Shown: in pieces, positions 31,958 through 41,134 of the stretch
How the letters are laid out: every line of letters starts with the position of its first letter
Numbering within the stretch: the stretch's first letter is position 1
NCBI GenBank assembly: GCA_016199485.1
Contig: JACQGO010000112.1
Location: 1-45,789 of the forward strand
Source of the DNA: Betaproteobacteria bacterium
GTDB lineage: Bacteria > Pseudomonadota > Gammaproteobacteria > Burkholderiales > SG8-41
Direction of reading: 5' to 3'
Length of the DNA stretch: 45,789 bases
Position numbers and translations under genes: made by a program
The notes under the pieces: generated by a model
The model's database searches: none
Seen by the model: the letters and a program-made list of their open reading frames with translations, nothing else
Told to the model about the DNA's origin: nothing

Positions 31958-31978
31958 TAGACGCAGTCTAAAGGAACC

Positions 31979-32527
31979 ATGCCTGAGAAGCTAGCCCCTC
32001 CCCGCGAATCCGCCGACCTGTACGCCCCGCTCAGCGAGTTCGAGCGCAAGCTCGCCCATCGGTTGGGCCTGAACCCGCTGGAGTGGCCGCAGCAGTGGTG
32101 GGCCGCCATCCGCGGACGGCTGGAAGTAGACCCGCCCAAGACGCTGGTGTCCGACATCAGCAACCTGCGCGGGGAGGAGTGGCGAGAGGTCGGTGCTTCC
32201 GGGCAGCCTGCGTTCGGAACGAACTGGGGGAACTACGGCACCCCGTGGGAGACAGCGGCGTTCTACAAGGACCCGCTCGGCCGCGTTTATCTCAAAGGCA
32301 TGACCACGAAGACTGGCACGCCAACAATCAACGACGTGATCTTCACGCTTCCCGAGGGCTACCGGCCCGCCAAAGACCTCCTGTTTGGTGTCGCTAGCGA
32401 AACCACCGGTACTTTCGGTGCATCAAGGGTCGATGTGAAAGCAAACGGTGACGTCGTCTGGATCGCGGGCGGGACGAGCGAAACCGATTACACCCAGCTC
32501 AACAACATCAGCTTCCGCGCCGCCTAA
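31979..32527 (+). CDS. Tail fibre / receptor-binding-type protein (short)
   Basis: The C-terminal pattern W.EV......F...W.NYG...E.A.FYKDPLGRVYLKG......IFTLPEGYRP is typical of phage fibre tip domains. Confidence 0.55.
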   Translation: MPEKLAPPRESADLYAPLSEFERKLAHRLGLNPLEWPQQWWAAIRGRLEVDPPKTLVSDISNLRGEEWREVGASGQPAFGTNWGNYGTPWETAAFYKDPLGRVYLKGMTTKTGTPTINDVIFTLPEGYRPAKDLLFGVASETTGTFGASRVDVKANGDVVWIAGGTSETDYTQLNNISFRAA

Positions 32528-32540
32528 GGAGTAGCCCCAA

Positions 32541-33440
32541 ATGCCTCTGAGACTGCCGATTCCTCCGCCCAGGCGGGCGCCCAGACAGCTGCCGCGTGTC
32601 CCGCGCCTGTCTCCGGCCATTGTCGCCGCTGCCCGCCGCGCAGCCGCCGCCGTCGGCGGCCCGCCCGCCTATCCGTTCCTGCCTCCCGGCCAGATCGGCG
32701 TTCCCGCCCAGACGTGGCAGGACGTGATTCGCTCCGACCCGCTGTACCAGCAGAAGGCTGGCGACGTGTCTGCTGCGAAGGCGAGCGCTGCCGCGGGAAG
32801 GGCTGCCGCCGTGCGGGCGGCGCTGATCCGGCTTGGCATCGTCCCAGACGTGAACGCGGCGTTCGCGTCGCTTGGCCTGCCCGCGCAGTACCAGCAGTGG
32901 CTGGGGGAAGACATCGACGAGCCTACCCGCAAGCTCACTGAGAGCAACGAGTTCTCGTTCGCCAGGCAGGCGGCCAAACAGCATGCTGAGAACCTGACCG
33001 CCCTCCAGGACGTTCTCGCCGCCAAGGGCATCCTCCGTTCCGGCCAGACCGGCTTCGAGACCGGACGTGAGAGCGAGCGCTACCAGGGCTCGTTGAACGA
33101 CGCCGTTCAGCAGCTGCTCGACTTCCTGGGCGGCCAGTACGGCGGCTACGCGACAACCGAGTCCGGGCTCACACGCGAACTCGGCACCTTCGGGGAGACG
33201 GTGATGGAGCGGCTGCTCGGCCAGGGCGTGACGCCAGCCGCGGCGTTCACCGCCACCTACGACCCGGAGTCCGGCCTGTACTACAAGGACGGCCGCTACT
33301 ACGACGCCCAGGGCAACCCGGTCGCGCCACCCGAGCGGCCGCCGCCGGAGCCCAGAGGTCGGATCACACCCGTTCAGGCCGCAGGCGTCAGGCCGCGCAG
33401 GCGTGCGGGCTCGTCCCGGCCGCGCGGCAGGCCCTACTAA
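32541..33440 (+). CDS. Internal virion / ejection-type protein candidate
   Basis: 299 aa with Pro/Arg-rich ends. Assigned by position upstream of the large proteins. Confidence 0.35.
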   Translation: MPLRLPIPPPRRAPRQLPRVPRLSPAIVAAARRAAAAVGGPPAYPFLPPGQIGVPAQTWQDVIRSDPLYQQKAGDVSAAKASAAAGRAAAVRAALIRLGIVPDVNAAFASLGLPAQYQQWLGEDIDEPTRKLTESNEFSFARQAAKQHAENLTALQDVLAAKGILRSGQTGFETGRESERYQGSLNDAVQQLLDFLGGQYGGYATTESGLTRELGTFGETVMERLLGQGVTPAAAFTATYDPESGLYYKDGRYYDAQGNPVAPPERPPPEPRGRITPVQAAGVRPRRRAGSSRPRGRPY

Positions 33441-33450
33441 GGAGCTCGAG

Positions 33451-34626
33451 ATGGCCAAGAAGCGCCCACGCCCCTACGACCCGCTCGCACCGCTGCCGCC
33501 GCAGCGGATCAGACGCATCGCCGCCCGCCAGGCGGCAACCGCCTACCAGCCGTTGCGCGCCCAGTACGTCCGGCTGCGCTCGGAGCTGGACGCGGAGACC
33601 GCGCGTGAGCAGCAGCGGGCGGCCGCGGCCGCCCAAGGGCTGGCCGAGCTTTTGAGGTCGGTTGGTCCCGCCACCGGCGAGGCGTACCAGCAGGCGGCGG
33701 GCACGGTGGGGGCGCTCGGCAAAGGATTCTCGTCCGCGCTGGCTGCACAGCAGCAGGCGCAGGCGCAAGCCGCCGCTGATTTCCTGCACCAGATCGTCGG
33801 CGCCCCGCAAGGCCAGATCGAGCAGGTACGGCAGATCGGCGCCAGCGGCCCCGACGTCACCTACGCGCTGGGTGGGGCCATCCCCGGTGGCGCGCTCGCC
33901 CGCGAAGGGGCCGCGTTCGCTTCCGCAGCCAACTTGCTGCCCGCGACCGCGCTCGGCCGTGGCCAGCAGACCGTGCAGATGCTGATCATGGACGCTCTGA
34001 AACGCCGCCGGGAGCTGGCGGGTAGGCAGGCGGAGGCCTTGGCCGGGCTGCCCGGGCTTCAGTCCGACCTGGAGCAGAAGCTGCTGGATCGCGAGCTGCA
34101 GAAGGAGGCTTTGCGAACGAACAAATACCTGGCCGGCGTGACCGGCAAGACGGCAGAGGCGGAAGCTGCGGCAGCGGAGGCGGCAGCGGACCGGGAGGAA
34201 CGGCGCCTCGCCCTGGACAAGCTGAAGAACGACCAGGACCTGAAGCTGAGGCTGCGCGAGCTGGGCATCCAGGAGAAAAACCTGAAGCTCCAGATCGCCA
34301 TACTCGAAGGACAGCAGGCGTCTGCGAGCGCAGACCAGCAGAGCAAGTGGGAACAGGACGCCGGCGCGTCTGCCGAAGACGCCTACTACGGGATTGCGGC
34401 CAGCTACGACGACGAGGGCAAGGTGACCGCCTGGCGGGTACGACCGATGAGCTACAAGGCGGCGCTCAGGCGGATGGTGCTGGCTGGGATTCCGCTCTTC
34501 TACGTCGAACGCGCTCTGAACGCCTACTACAAGCGCGGCCAGCGCGGCCGACCGATGATCACCCCGGGCGAGCGCAGAACCGCCAGGCGGACTGGACAGG
34601 CTGAGGCGCCGCGAGGGCGACGCTAA
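33451..34626 (+). CDS. Coiled-coil internal virion / ejection-type protein candidate
   Basis: TAAGGAG RBS. 391 aa with long Ala/Gln/Glu helical stretches. Confidence 0.35.
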   Translation: MAKKRPRPYDPLAPLPPQRIRRIAARQAATAYQPLRAQYVRLRSELDAETAREQQRAAAAAQGLAELLRSVGPATGEAYQQAAGTVGALGKGFSSALAAQQQAQAQAAADFLHQIVGAPQGQIEQVRQIGASGPDVTYALGGAIPGGALAREGAAFASAANLLPATALGRGQQTVQMLIMDALKRRRELAGRQAEALAGLPGLQSDLEQKLLDRELQKEALRTNKYLAGVTGKTAEAEAAAAEAAADREERRLALDKLKNDQDLKLRLRELGIQEKNLKLQIAILEGQQASASADQQSKWEQDAGASAEDAYYGIAASYDDEGKVTAWRVRPMSYKAALRRMVLAGIPLFYVERALNAYYKRGQRGRPMITPGERRTARRTGQAEAPRGRR

Positions 34627-37479
34627 ATGCCCAGCGTATTCCGGACGCCGAGCCGCAGCGGCTCCGTATTCCGCCGTGGCCGCGGCGGCGGCGCTCCGAT
34701 TCCGGTCGTCCCGAAACAGCGCAGGCCGTCGGGTGTGGGCGGGTTCTTCCGAAATCTCGGCGGTGACGTCGAGGGAGCTCTCCTGGGTCTCCCCGGCGGG
34801 CTGAAAGCTGTCTCCGAGGCGCTCGGCGCCGACCTGTGGCAGACGCTCCAAGAGGGACCGTCCCGGTTCACCGACACCGAGGGCCGCTACGGGTTGAGGC
34901 CGAAGCTGGAGCAGGGGGAACTCGGGCGCAAGGTACTTCGTCCTGTCGCCGAGTCATACAAGCAGACGTATGGGCCGTTGTTCCGCGGCGAAGTGGACGA
35001 GTTCCTGCAGCAGGTGTACGAGCATCCGCTGGGGCCGATCCTCGACATCGCCACCGTCCTCACCCTGGGATCTGGAGCCTCCGCGAAAGGCGCTCAGGCC
35101 GCTTCCAGGGCAGGAGCCGTCTCGAAGACCGGGCGGGTGGGCAGATTCGCGGAGCGGGCGCGGGAGCCCGGGAGGGTGCAGCTACGCGGGCCTGGCGAGG
35201 AAGCGTCGGTGCTGGAAGGCAAGAGATTGTTCGGCAACCCGCTGATCCGCTCGCGGCAGAAGCTGATCGACCGGGCGCTGAAGAGGCTGCCGCCAGGGAC
35301 GCCGCTCGTGGGCGAATGGCAACGCTACGCCCGCGCGGCGCAGCGAGCCCCCCGCCAGGAAGCATTGGGGCTGCGACTCCAGTCGCGCAACTACCTGCTC
35401 GCCGTGGACAAGCTGAACGGCAAGGAGATGGCGGCGTTCAACCTGATCCGCATGGGGCCGTCGCCGCGCGAATGGGTCGCCTACTACCTGCGCGAGGGCG
35501 TCGACACGCCGCTGCTACGGGTACTGGAGAACCCTGAGATCCAGCGGCTGTGGGAGACGCCGTCGAAGAAGCTGCAGATCGCGCTTGACGAAGGCCGGAA
35601 GCTGTCGAAGGTGTTGACGGAGACGAAGCTCGGCCGTGATCTGCTCGGCGAGGTTCCGGCAGCCGAGCGGCCGTGGCTGCATCTGCGGCTTCTGTCCGGC
35701 GCCAGGTTTGTCGTTGACCCCGAAACGGGCCGCTCGCTACTGCAGGGTGGCAAGCCGATCGAGCAACTCCGCGCCGAGCTTGCCGCGGCCGGCAGGCCGG
35801 AGCCGTTCTACGCCCCCGACCGGATGGTAGCCGAGTACGTCGGCAACCCCGCCTTGGCACGCCAGGGCGGCGGCCTGGGCGTCCCCAAGGTGCCCGGCTC
35901 GACGCGGAAGACGCGGGCGGTGCTGGCGCAGACGGGCAGGCTCGCGCTCGAGCCTGACCTGCTCGGCCCCGAGTTCCTTCGCACCGTCAAGTACGGCCTG
36001 TACGAGGACCTGCATGACGCGCTGATGGCGTCCGCCGAGCGGGTGCCGAAAGGCGCCCCGCTTCGCAAGGGCTGGGTGTACGTGCGCCGCAAGGTCGGCC
36101 GCTCCCCCGAGAAGATCCCGTACACGCAGCAGAAGCTGGGCGAGTTCGAGCGCGACCTGGAGCGGCTGCTGCCCGACCTCGACGACGACACGGCGCTGAT
36201 CCAGAGCCTCGCCGGCGAGTCGGGCGAGATTCTCGAGCAGGGCGGCTTCTATCTTGCGGTTCCCAGGCGGTTCGCGAAGGAGCTGACGGGAGAGTTCAAC
36301 CGCGCCTCCTCGGCGACCCGGAAAATCTGGGAAGTGCCAACGACTGTGTGGCGTGCGCTCATCCTCGGCACACGGCCGGCGTTCCTGGTCAACAACCTGG
36401 TCGGCAACAACCTGCTGTACGCGCTCAAGTTCGCCGGCCGTGACGGGCTCGCCGCCTACCTGGACGCGCTTCGCACGACCAAGGGCGGGCAGGGGCTCGC
36501 GAAGCTGCTCCGCTCCGACAGCACGCGGGGGCTGATCGACGATGAGTTCATGCGCGAGTTCTTTCCGGAGCAGGTCGAGGGCGTGTTCGGGCTCACGCAG
36601 ATGCCCGGCATCCGCTCGCCGAACATCCGCCGCTCGGTGCGGGCGGGGCGGGTCGGCATCATTCCCGCCACCCAGGCTGTCGCCGAGGGGACGCTGCGGC
36701 GCGCCGGTGTCACGGCTGCGCTCAGGCGCTCGCCGGCGGTGAAGGCGCGGCTGCGCGCGATGCCGAAGGAGACCCGCTCGCTCAAGGAAGCCGCCAGGAA
36801 AGAGCTGGCGGACAACCCGGCCCTCGCCCGCCAGGTGTCCGACAAGGTCAACGACGCGCTCGGCAACTACCTGAACATGAGCCCGGTGGAGCGGGATGTG
36901 CTGCGAGGGCTCGCCCCCTTCTACGCCTGGTATCGCACCATCACCATCATCACGGTCAAGCTGCCGCTGAACACGCCCGGCCGCACGAACGCGCTCGTGA
37001 AGATCGGCGAGATCGGCGCGGAAGACGAGAAGCTGCTCGGCAAGCTTCCCTCCTACCTGCGCGGCGCCATCCCGCTCGGCCCGCCCCGCGGCGGTCTCCA
37101 GGATATCCTGCTCACGCAGGCGCCCAATCCTTTCTCCACCCCGCTTCAGGTCGGCATGGGACTCCGTACGCTCGGCCCCGGCGCGCCCGGACGTGCCGGC
37201 GGCGAGCTCACTGGCAGCCTGAACCCGTACATCATCGCCGCCAGCCGCCTGCTCGCCGCGCTCGAGAAGGGCGAAGCGCCGAAATACGGCTTGCCAGCCG
37301 ACATTCTCGCCGAGGTCGGCCAGACCCTGCCGCCGGTCAGGCTTCTGCTGGGTCCGCGGGAATCCCGTATCTACCCGGAGCGGCGCACCCGCCTCGACGA
37401 GCTGCTGTCGCAGGCCGGGTTCTCCAGGCGAAGGATCAGCCTGGCGGAGGCACGCAGACAGGCCGCCCTGGGCCGCTAG
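34627..37479 (+). CDS. 950-aa internal virion / ejection protein (tape-measure alternative not excluded)
   Basis: Largest ORF in the window. It precedes the virion peptidoglycan hydrolase. No tail-tube or chaperone genes lie nearby. Confidence 0.4.
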   Translation: MPSVFRTPSRSGSVFRRGRGGGAPIPVVPKQRRPSGVGGFFRNLGGDVEGALLGLPGGLKAVSEALGADLWQTLQEGPSRFTDTEGRYGLRPKLEQGELGRKVLRPVAESYKQTYGPLFRGEVDEFLQQVYEHPLGPILDIATVLTLGSGASAKGAQAASRAGAVSKTGRVGRFAERAREPGRVQLRGPGEEASVLEGKRLFGNPLIRSRQKLIDRALKRLPPGTPLVGEWQRYARAAQRAPRQEALGLRLQSRNYLLAVDKLNGKEMAAFNLIRMGPSPREWVAYYLREGVDTPLLRVLENPEIQRLWETPSKKLQIALDEGRKLSKVLTETKLGRDLLGEVPAAERPWLHLRLLSGARFVVDPETGRSLLQGGKPIEQLRAELAAAGRPEPFYAPDRMVAEYVGNPALARQGGGLGVPKVPGSTRKTRAVLAQTGRLALEPDLLGPEFLRTVKYGLYEDLHDALMASAERVPKGAPLRKGWVYVRRKVGRSPEKIPYTQQKLGEFERDLERLLPDLDDDTALIQSLAGESGEILEQGGFYLAVPRRFAKELTGEFNRASSATRKIWEVPTTVWRALILGTRPAFLVNNLVGNNLLYALKFAGRDGLAAYLDALRTTKGGQGLAKLLRSDSTRGLIDDEFMREFFPEQVEGVFGLTQMPGIRSPNIRRSVRAGRVGIIPATQAVAEGTLRRAGVTAALRRSPAVKARLRAMPKETRSLKEAARKELADNPALARQVSDKVNDALGNYLNMSPVERDVLRGLAPFYAWYRTITIITVKLPLNTPGRTNALVKIGEIGAEDEKLLGKLPSYLRGAIPLGPPRGGLQDILLTQAPNPFSTPLQVGMGLRTLGPGAPGRAGGELTGSLNPYIIAASRLLAALEKGEAPKYGLPADILAEVGQTLPPVRLLLGPRESRIYPERRTRLDELLSQAGFSRRRISLAEARRQAALGR

Positions 37480-37494
37480 TCATCGGAGGCTGCT

Positions 37495-38340
37495 ATGCCG
37501 CGAACCGACCCGAAAGTGAAGCGGCTGATCGTGTTCTACGCCCGCGCCTACAACGTCGACCCGAACGCAGCCCTTGCTGTTGCCGCCGGCGAGGGCGGCA
37601 TCCGCTACGGCGCCGTCGGCGACCAGGGCTCGAGCTTCGGGCCGTTCCAGCTTCACGTCGGCGGGGCGCTACCGGCCGGTAAGGGGCCGGAGTTCGCGAA
37701 CTCGCCTGCCGGGATCGAGTACGCGATCCGCAAGATGGCGGAGGCCGGCGCGAGCGGGTTGCGCGGCCGGGCGGCGATCGAGAAGATCGTCGGCGGCTTC
37801 GAGCGGCCCGCGGATCCCGCCGGGTCGATCCGGCGGGCGCTGACACGGTACGGCATCGCCGACCTCGCAGGTGGCGCAGCCCCCGCTGGGGCGGCTGCGG
37901 CAGGCGGCCTGCTGGCCGACCCGCGCCTGCAGGCCGTCTATGCCTCCGGTAACGCCTTGGTCGGCGTCCCGACGCCCGACCTGTCGATGGTGGCCGCAGC
38001 CCCGCAGAACGCCTCCCAGGCACCCTCCGGGGCTTCTTCGTCGATAGACGACATGCTCGCCCGCTTTGGCCTGGCCGACGCTGTCACCTCCGGCGACCGC
38101 AGCCCCGGCCGCAACCGCGCGGTCGGCGGCTCCCCCACCAGTTTTCACCTCCAGCCCGGCCGCGCCCGCGACATCAACCCCCAGGCTGCGGCCAGCGGCC
38201 GGCTCGTCAGCTACGCCTACCAGAACCCGCAGCAGTTCGCGGAGTTCTTCGGCCCCTTCGACTGGTACGTGAAGAACGGGCAGATCCGCAGGGGGCGGTT
38301 CCCAGGCCACGGCGATCACATCCACGCCGTCCTGACATGA
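37495..38340 (+). CDS. Dual-domain peptidoglycan hydrolase (SLT-like N-domain plus M15/LAS-like metallopeptidase C-domain)
   Basis: N-domain: AAGEGG...SSFGPFQL. C-domain: SGDRSPGRNRAVGGSPTSFHLQPGRARD...GHGDHIHAV. Confidence 0.75.
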   Translation: MPRTDPKVKRLIVFYARAYNVDPNAALAVAAGEGGIRYGAVGDQGSSFGPFQLHVGGALPAGKGPEFANSPAGIEYAIRKMAEAGASGLRGRAAIEKIVGGFERPADPAGSIRRALTRYGIADLAGGAAPAGAAAAGGLLADPRLQAVYASGNALVGVPTPDLSMVAAAPQNASQAPSGASSSIDDMLARFGLADAVTSGDRSPGRNRAVGGSPTSFHLQPGRARDINPQAAASGRLVSYAYQNPQQFAEFFGPFDWYVKNGQIRRGRFPGHGDHIHAVLT

Positions 38341-38531
38341 GCAACACACGCCACATCACCCCCGCGGAGCTCAACGAGCGGCTGGAGAAGCTGCCGACCC
38401 GCTGGGAGGTTCGCGCCCTGATCCTGGCGAGCATGGTCGGCGGCCAGCTGATCCCGTTCGGAGAGGCCGCCCGGGCGGCACTCCCGTTCCTCTATCTAGC
38501 CGACTCGCTCAGCCGTCTTCTCCTGCGGTAG
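38337..38531 (+). CDS. Small protein with one hydrophobic segment
   Basis: ATGA overlap. 64 aa containing VRALILASMVGGQLIPF. Confidence 0.4.
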   Translation: MSNTRHITPAELNERLEKLPTRWEVRALILASMVGGQLIPFGEAARAALPFLYLADSLSRLLLR

Positions 38532-38701
38532 TTCGGCCCCTTGCAGCCGTGGACGAACTCGAAGCAGTCGATGCACACTCGCGACTCCGGGTTGAGGCCG
38601 CAGCAGTGGTGCATCTCCCGGCAGGTGGCGCAGTCCGCGTAGCCATGGTAGGGGAGCGCCCGCCACGCCCACAGAGTTTGTAACTCCAGCGGCGTCGCCA
38701 C
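38492..38701 (-). CDS. Cys-rich small protein, antisense orientation
   Basis: AAAGGAGGAGGC lies immediately before GTG 38699-38701. 69 aa containing CATC...HHCCG...CIDCFEFVHGC. Confidence 0.4.
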   Translation of the reverse strand: MATPLELQTLWAWRALPYHGYADCATCREMHHCCGLNPESRVCIDCFEFVHGCKGPNYRRRRRLSESAR

Positions 38702-38880
38702 GCCTCCTCCTTTCGAGCAAACCCGCATGGTTACCACATATTTACCATCTTCCCTTTGAGTGACTTTGTGCGACCATGGGATTTGCAGGGGGTTTCTAAG
38801 GACGCCCGCATGGTTGAGCCGCAAACGTCTGCACGTTCGGGCAAGGCCGTTGGCTTTGTCGGCAACGAGAGGAGGCCCTA

Positions 38881-39558
38881 ATGAAGCTCGTCTCCCGCGC
38901 CGAGTGGGGCGCCCGTCCTGCCCGCGACTACGTCTACCTCAAGACCGCCGAGCTCAAGGGCGTCGCCGTTCACTACTCCGCCTTCGAGGGCGACCGCCTC
39001 GACGACCACGCCGGCTGCGCCGCCCGCGTGCGCGGCATCCAGAACTACCACATGGACGTCCGCGGCTGGGTGGACCTCGCCTACTCGTTCATCGTCTGCA
39101 GGCACGGGTACGTGTTCGAGGGGCGCGGCTTCGGCGTCCGCACGGCCGCGAACGGCACGAGCGCCGGCAACGACGGCTACCACGCCGTCTGCTTCCTAGG
39201 CGCCGACCGTGAGGGCCGTGACGATGTGACACCGTCTGGCCGCCGGGCGCTGCGCGAGATTATCCGGGCGGCGCAGCGACGCTGGCCGGCCGCGCTCGAG
39301 GTCAGGCCGCACTCCGACTTCACCGCCACCGCCTGCCCCGGCGACGAGCTGCGCGCCTGGATCGGTCTCGAAGGCTGGAAGCACGACGGACGGCTGCCTG
39401 GGCCTTCCCCCAAGCCGGGATGGTTTTGGCAGTGGGAAGCGTGGCGACTCGCCCGCGCCCGCGGAGAAAGGCCGCCCCGTCCTCTTGGCGTTCCCCGTCT
39501 GATCCCGCCTTGGGCGTGGCTGGCAGCCCTGGAGTTCGAGCGAAGGAGAAGGAAGTGA
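38881..39558 (+). CDS. N-acetylmuramoyl-L-alanine amidase (Amidase_2/PGRP-type endolysin)
   Basis: SRAEWGA...VAVHYSA...VRGIQNYHMDVRGWVDLAYSF...GRG...PHSDFTATACPG. Confidence 0.88.
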   Translation: MKLVSRAEWGARPARDYVYLKTAELKGVAVHYSAFEGDRLDDHAGCAARVRGIQNYHMDVRGWVDLAYSFIVCRHGYVFEGRGFGVRTAANGTSAGNDGYHAVCFLGADREGRDDVTPSGRRALREIIRAAQRRWPAALEVRPHSDFTATACPGDELRAWIGLEGWKHDGRLPGPSPKPGWFWQWEAWRLARARGERPPRPLGVPRLIPPWAWLAALEFERRRRK

Positions 39559-39773
39559 GGTATCTGGTGCTCAGGTCGTTGGTCGCGTTCGACAACTTCC
39601 TTCACGAGCACGAGCGGCTACGGCTTTGCCCGCAGACTGTCCGTGACCGTGTGGGCTGGGCGGCTGAAGTCACCTACGGCTGGGGTCCTCATGCCTCCGA
39701 CTGGCAGCGCGTAGTCACGGCCCGACCCTGGGTGGCCCGCTTTCACGACTGGTACTGGAAGGAGAAGCCTTGA
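39555..39773 (+). CDS. Hypothetical lysis-module protein
   Basis: GTGA overlap. GAAGGAGAAGGAA upstream. 72 aa. Confidence 0.45.
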   Translation: MRYLVLRSLVAFDNFLHEHERLRLCPQTVRDRVGWAAEVTYGWGPHASDWQRVVTARPWVARFHDWYWKEKP

Positions 39774-39781
39774 GGGGGAGA

Positions 39782-39814
39782 AACGCCACCCTCGCCTACA
39801 TCGTCAGCGCCGTC
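39782..39814. repeat. 33-bp direct repeat, copy 1 (duplicate of the 5' end of the holin-like gene)
   Basis: AACGCCACcCTCGCCTACATCGTCAGCGCCGTC. Matches 40017..40049 at 32 of 33 positions. Confidence 0.9.
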
Positions 39815-40004
39815 TCGAACCACAAACCAGAACCGTCAAGCGCATTGAGGTCGGTGAGACGGAGCGCCACCTCCAGCCCCAGGCGAAGTGTCCCGCCTGC
39901 GGGACTTGGGGCGATATCGACGATGACCAACTCCGGGGGAGTGTCTCGCTCGTGTGCGGAATGCCGGACTGTAGATGGCACGGCTACATCCAAAGGAGGA
40001 GCCG

Positions 40005-40181
40005 ATGTCTCTTCGTAACGCCACTCTCGCCTACATCGTCAGCGCCGTCCAGGCGACGCTCGTCCTCGTCGTCGCGTTCGGCCTCAGCCTGTCGGACAAG
40101 CAGATCGCCGCCGTCGTCGCGGCTGTGTCCGCCTGGGGGATCGTCGCGGTCGCGATCAACGACCGCCGCCGCCACCGGTAG
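40005..40181 (+). CDS. Holin-like two-TM protein (58 aa)
   Basis: AAAGGAGGAGCCG precedes the ATG. Two hydrophobic segments and a basic tail NDRRRHR. Confidence 0.6.
   Translation: MSLRNATLAYIVSAVQATLVLVVAFGLSLSDKQIAAVVAAVSAWGIVAVAINDRRRHR
40017..40049. repeat. 33-bp direct repeat, copy 2 (inside the holin-like gene)
   Basis: AACGCCACtCTCGCCTACATCGTCAGCGCCGTC. Confidence 0.9.
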
Positions 40182-40190
40182 ACCAGCGCC

Positions 40191-40475
40191 ATGGCTGCAG
40201 CCGCCTACCGTGAGCGCTTCGTCGGCGCCTACATAGGTGTGTGCGTCGCCATCGTGACGATCCTGTTCTTCTACGTCGTCTCGTCTGGCGGTAAGGCGGC
40301 CGGTGACGCCGCAACAGTGGAGCCGCCGATCATGAAACGCTCGAGCGGCTCCCTGTACACGGCGCTCGGCAATCCCGTCCAGATCCTGGGCGGGGAGAAA
40401 CTGAACCTGCCCGGCACGGTCTGCCGTGTCTACGTCAACCAGGCCGAGCCCTGGGTCATGTTCCTCTGCTCCTGA
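40191..40475 (+). CDS. Membrane-anchored lysis-module protein
   Basis: N-terminal transmembrane-like segment YIGVCVAIVTILFFYVV. 94 aa. Confidence 0.45.
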   Translation: MAAAAYRERFVGAYIGVCVAIVTILFFYVVSSGGKAAGDAATVEPPIMKRSSGSLYTALGNPVQILGGEKLNLPGTVCRVYVNQAEPWVMFLCS

Positions 40476-40491
40476 AGGAGGCCAGAACACT

Positions 40492-40965
40492 GTGCAGAAG
40501 CTTCTCCTAGCCGTCGCCGCGTTCGCCGCGACGCTTTCCCTGGCGACCGCCGCCTACCTCGCCTACGGGCCTGCCAGGCGCCTTCTCGACGATTGTGCCA
40601 AGCCGCGCACGGTGCTGTGGGAACGCGACCTGCAGCCCACCGCCCTGGCGATCGAGGAGTACATCAACGGGCCGCTTCTCGCCGGGGGAGAGTACAAGCT
40701 GCGCGGCAAGGACGCGAGCAGCCTGGACTACGAGGTCAAGCACGCAGTCGCGATCAAGCCCGGTCATGTGCGACTGCTCGTCGAGATCGGCGAGGGCAAG
40801 ACGGACCTGCTCGGCTTCATCGCCTGGGCTTCGGGGTCGCAACGCTTCGACGTGACGCTCGGCCGTGAGTGCAACGACGGTGGCTGGACGGTCACGAAGT
40901 TCGAGAAGGTGCCGGCGCAGCAGCCACCCGCAAGCACCGCAGCTACGGCTGTTCCGGCGCCGTGA
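40492..40965 (+). CDS. Membrane-anchored or secreted protein
   Basis: GAAGGAGG lies 10 nt before the GTG. N-terminus LLLAVAAFAATLSLATAAYLA. Confidence 0.5.
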   Translation: MQKLLLAVAAFAATLSLATAAYLAYGPARRLLDDCAKPRTVLWERDLQPTALAIEEYINGPLLAGGEYKLRGKDASSLDYEVKHAVAIKPGHVRLLVEIGEGKTDLLGFIAWASGSQRFDVTLGRECNDGGWTVTKFEKVPAQQPPASTAATAVPAP

Positions 40966-40966
40966 C

Positions 40967-41134
40967 ATGGCCCGCCACGAGCTCACCTTCTACAGCGCGG
41001 AGATAGAGCTGCCGCAAGGGGAGCCGCTGTTTCTGCCTATCGCGGCCCGAGACCAGCTGGCCGCGCTGGTGACGCTCCGGTTTCTGCACATGCTGCACGG
41101 CTGGAACCTGCGTATCAGAACAGGAGCCGAGTGA
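40967..41134 (+). CDS. Small hypothetical protein (55 aa)
   Basis: ATG lies 1 nt after the preceding stop. Confidence 0.35.
   Translation: MARHELTFYSAEIELPQGEPLFLPIAARDQLAALVTLRFLHMLHGWNLRIRTGAE

Noticed and set aside
34627-37479. Calling the 950-aa protein a tape-measure protein
   Set aside because: No adjacent tail-tube gene, tail-terminator gene or frameshifted chaperone pair is present. The context of adaptor, nozzle-like and fibre genes followed by a hydrolase fits ejection proteins better. The question is left open in the feature call.
39770-40018. The 82-aa ORF starting at TTG 39770 as a normal gene
   Set aside because: Only its first ~15 residues are meaningful, and they duplicate the holin-like N-terminus. 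The remainder is low-complexity, while a better zinc-ribbon reading lies in another frame. It is interpreted as a duplication/insertion scar.
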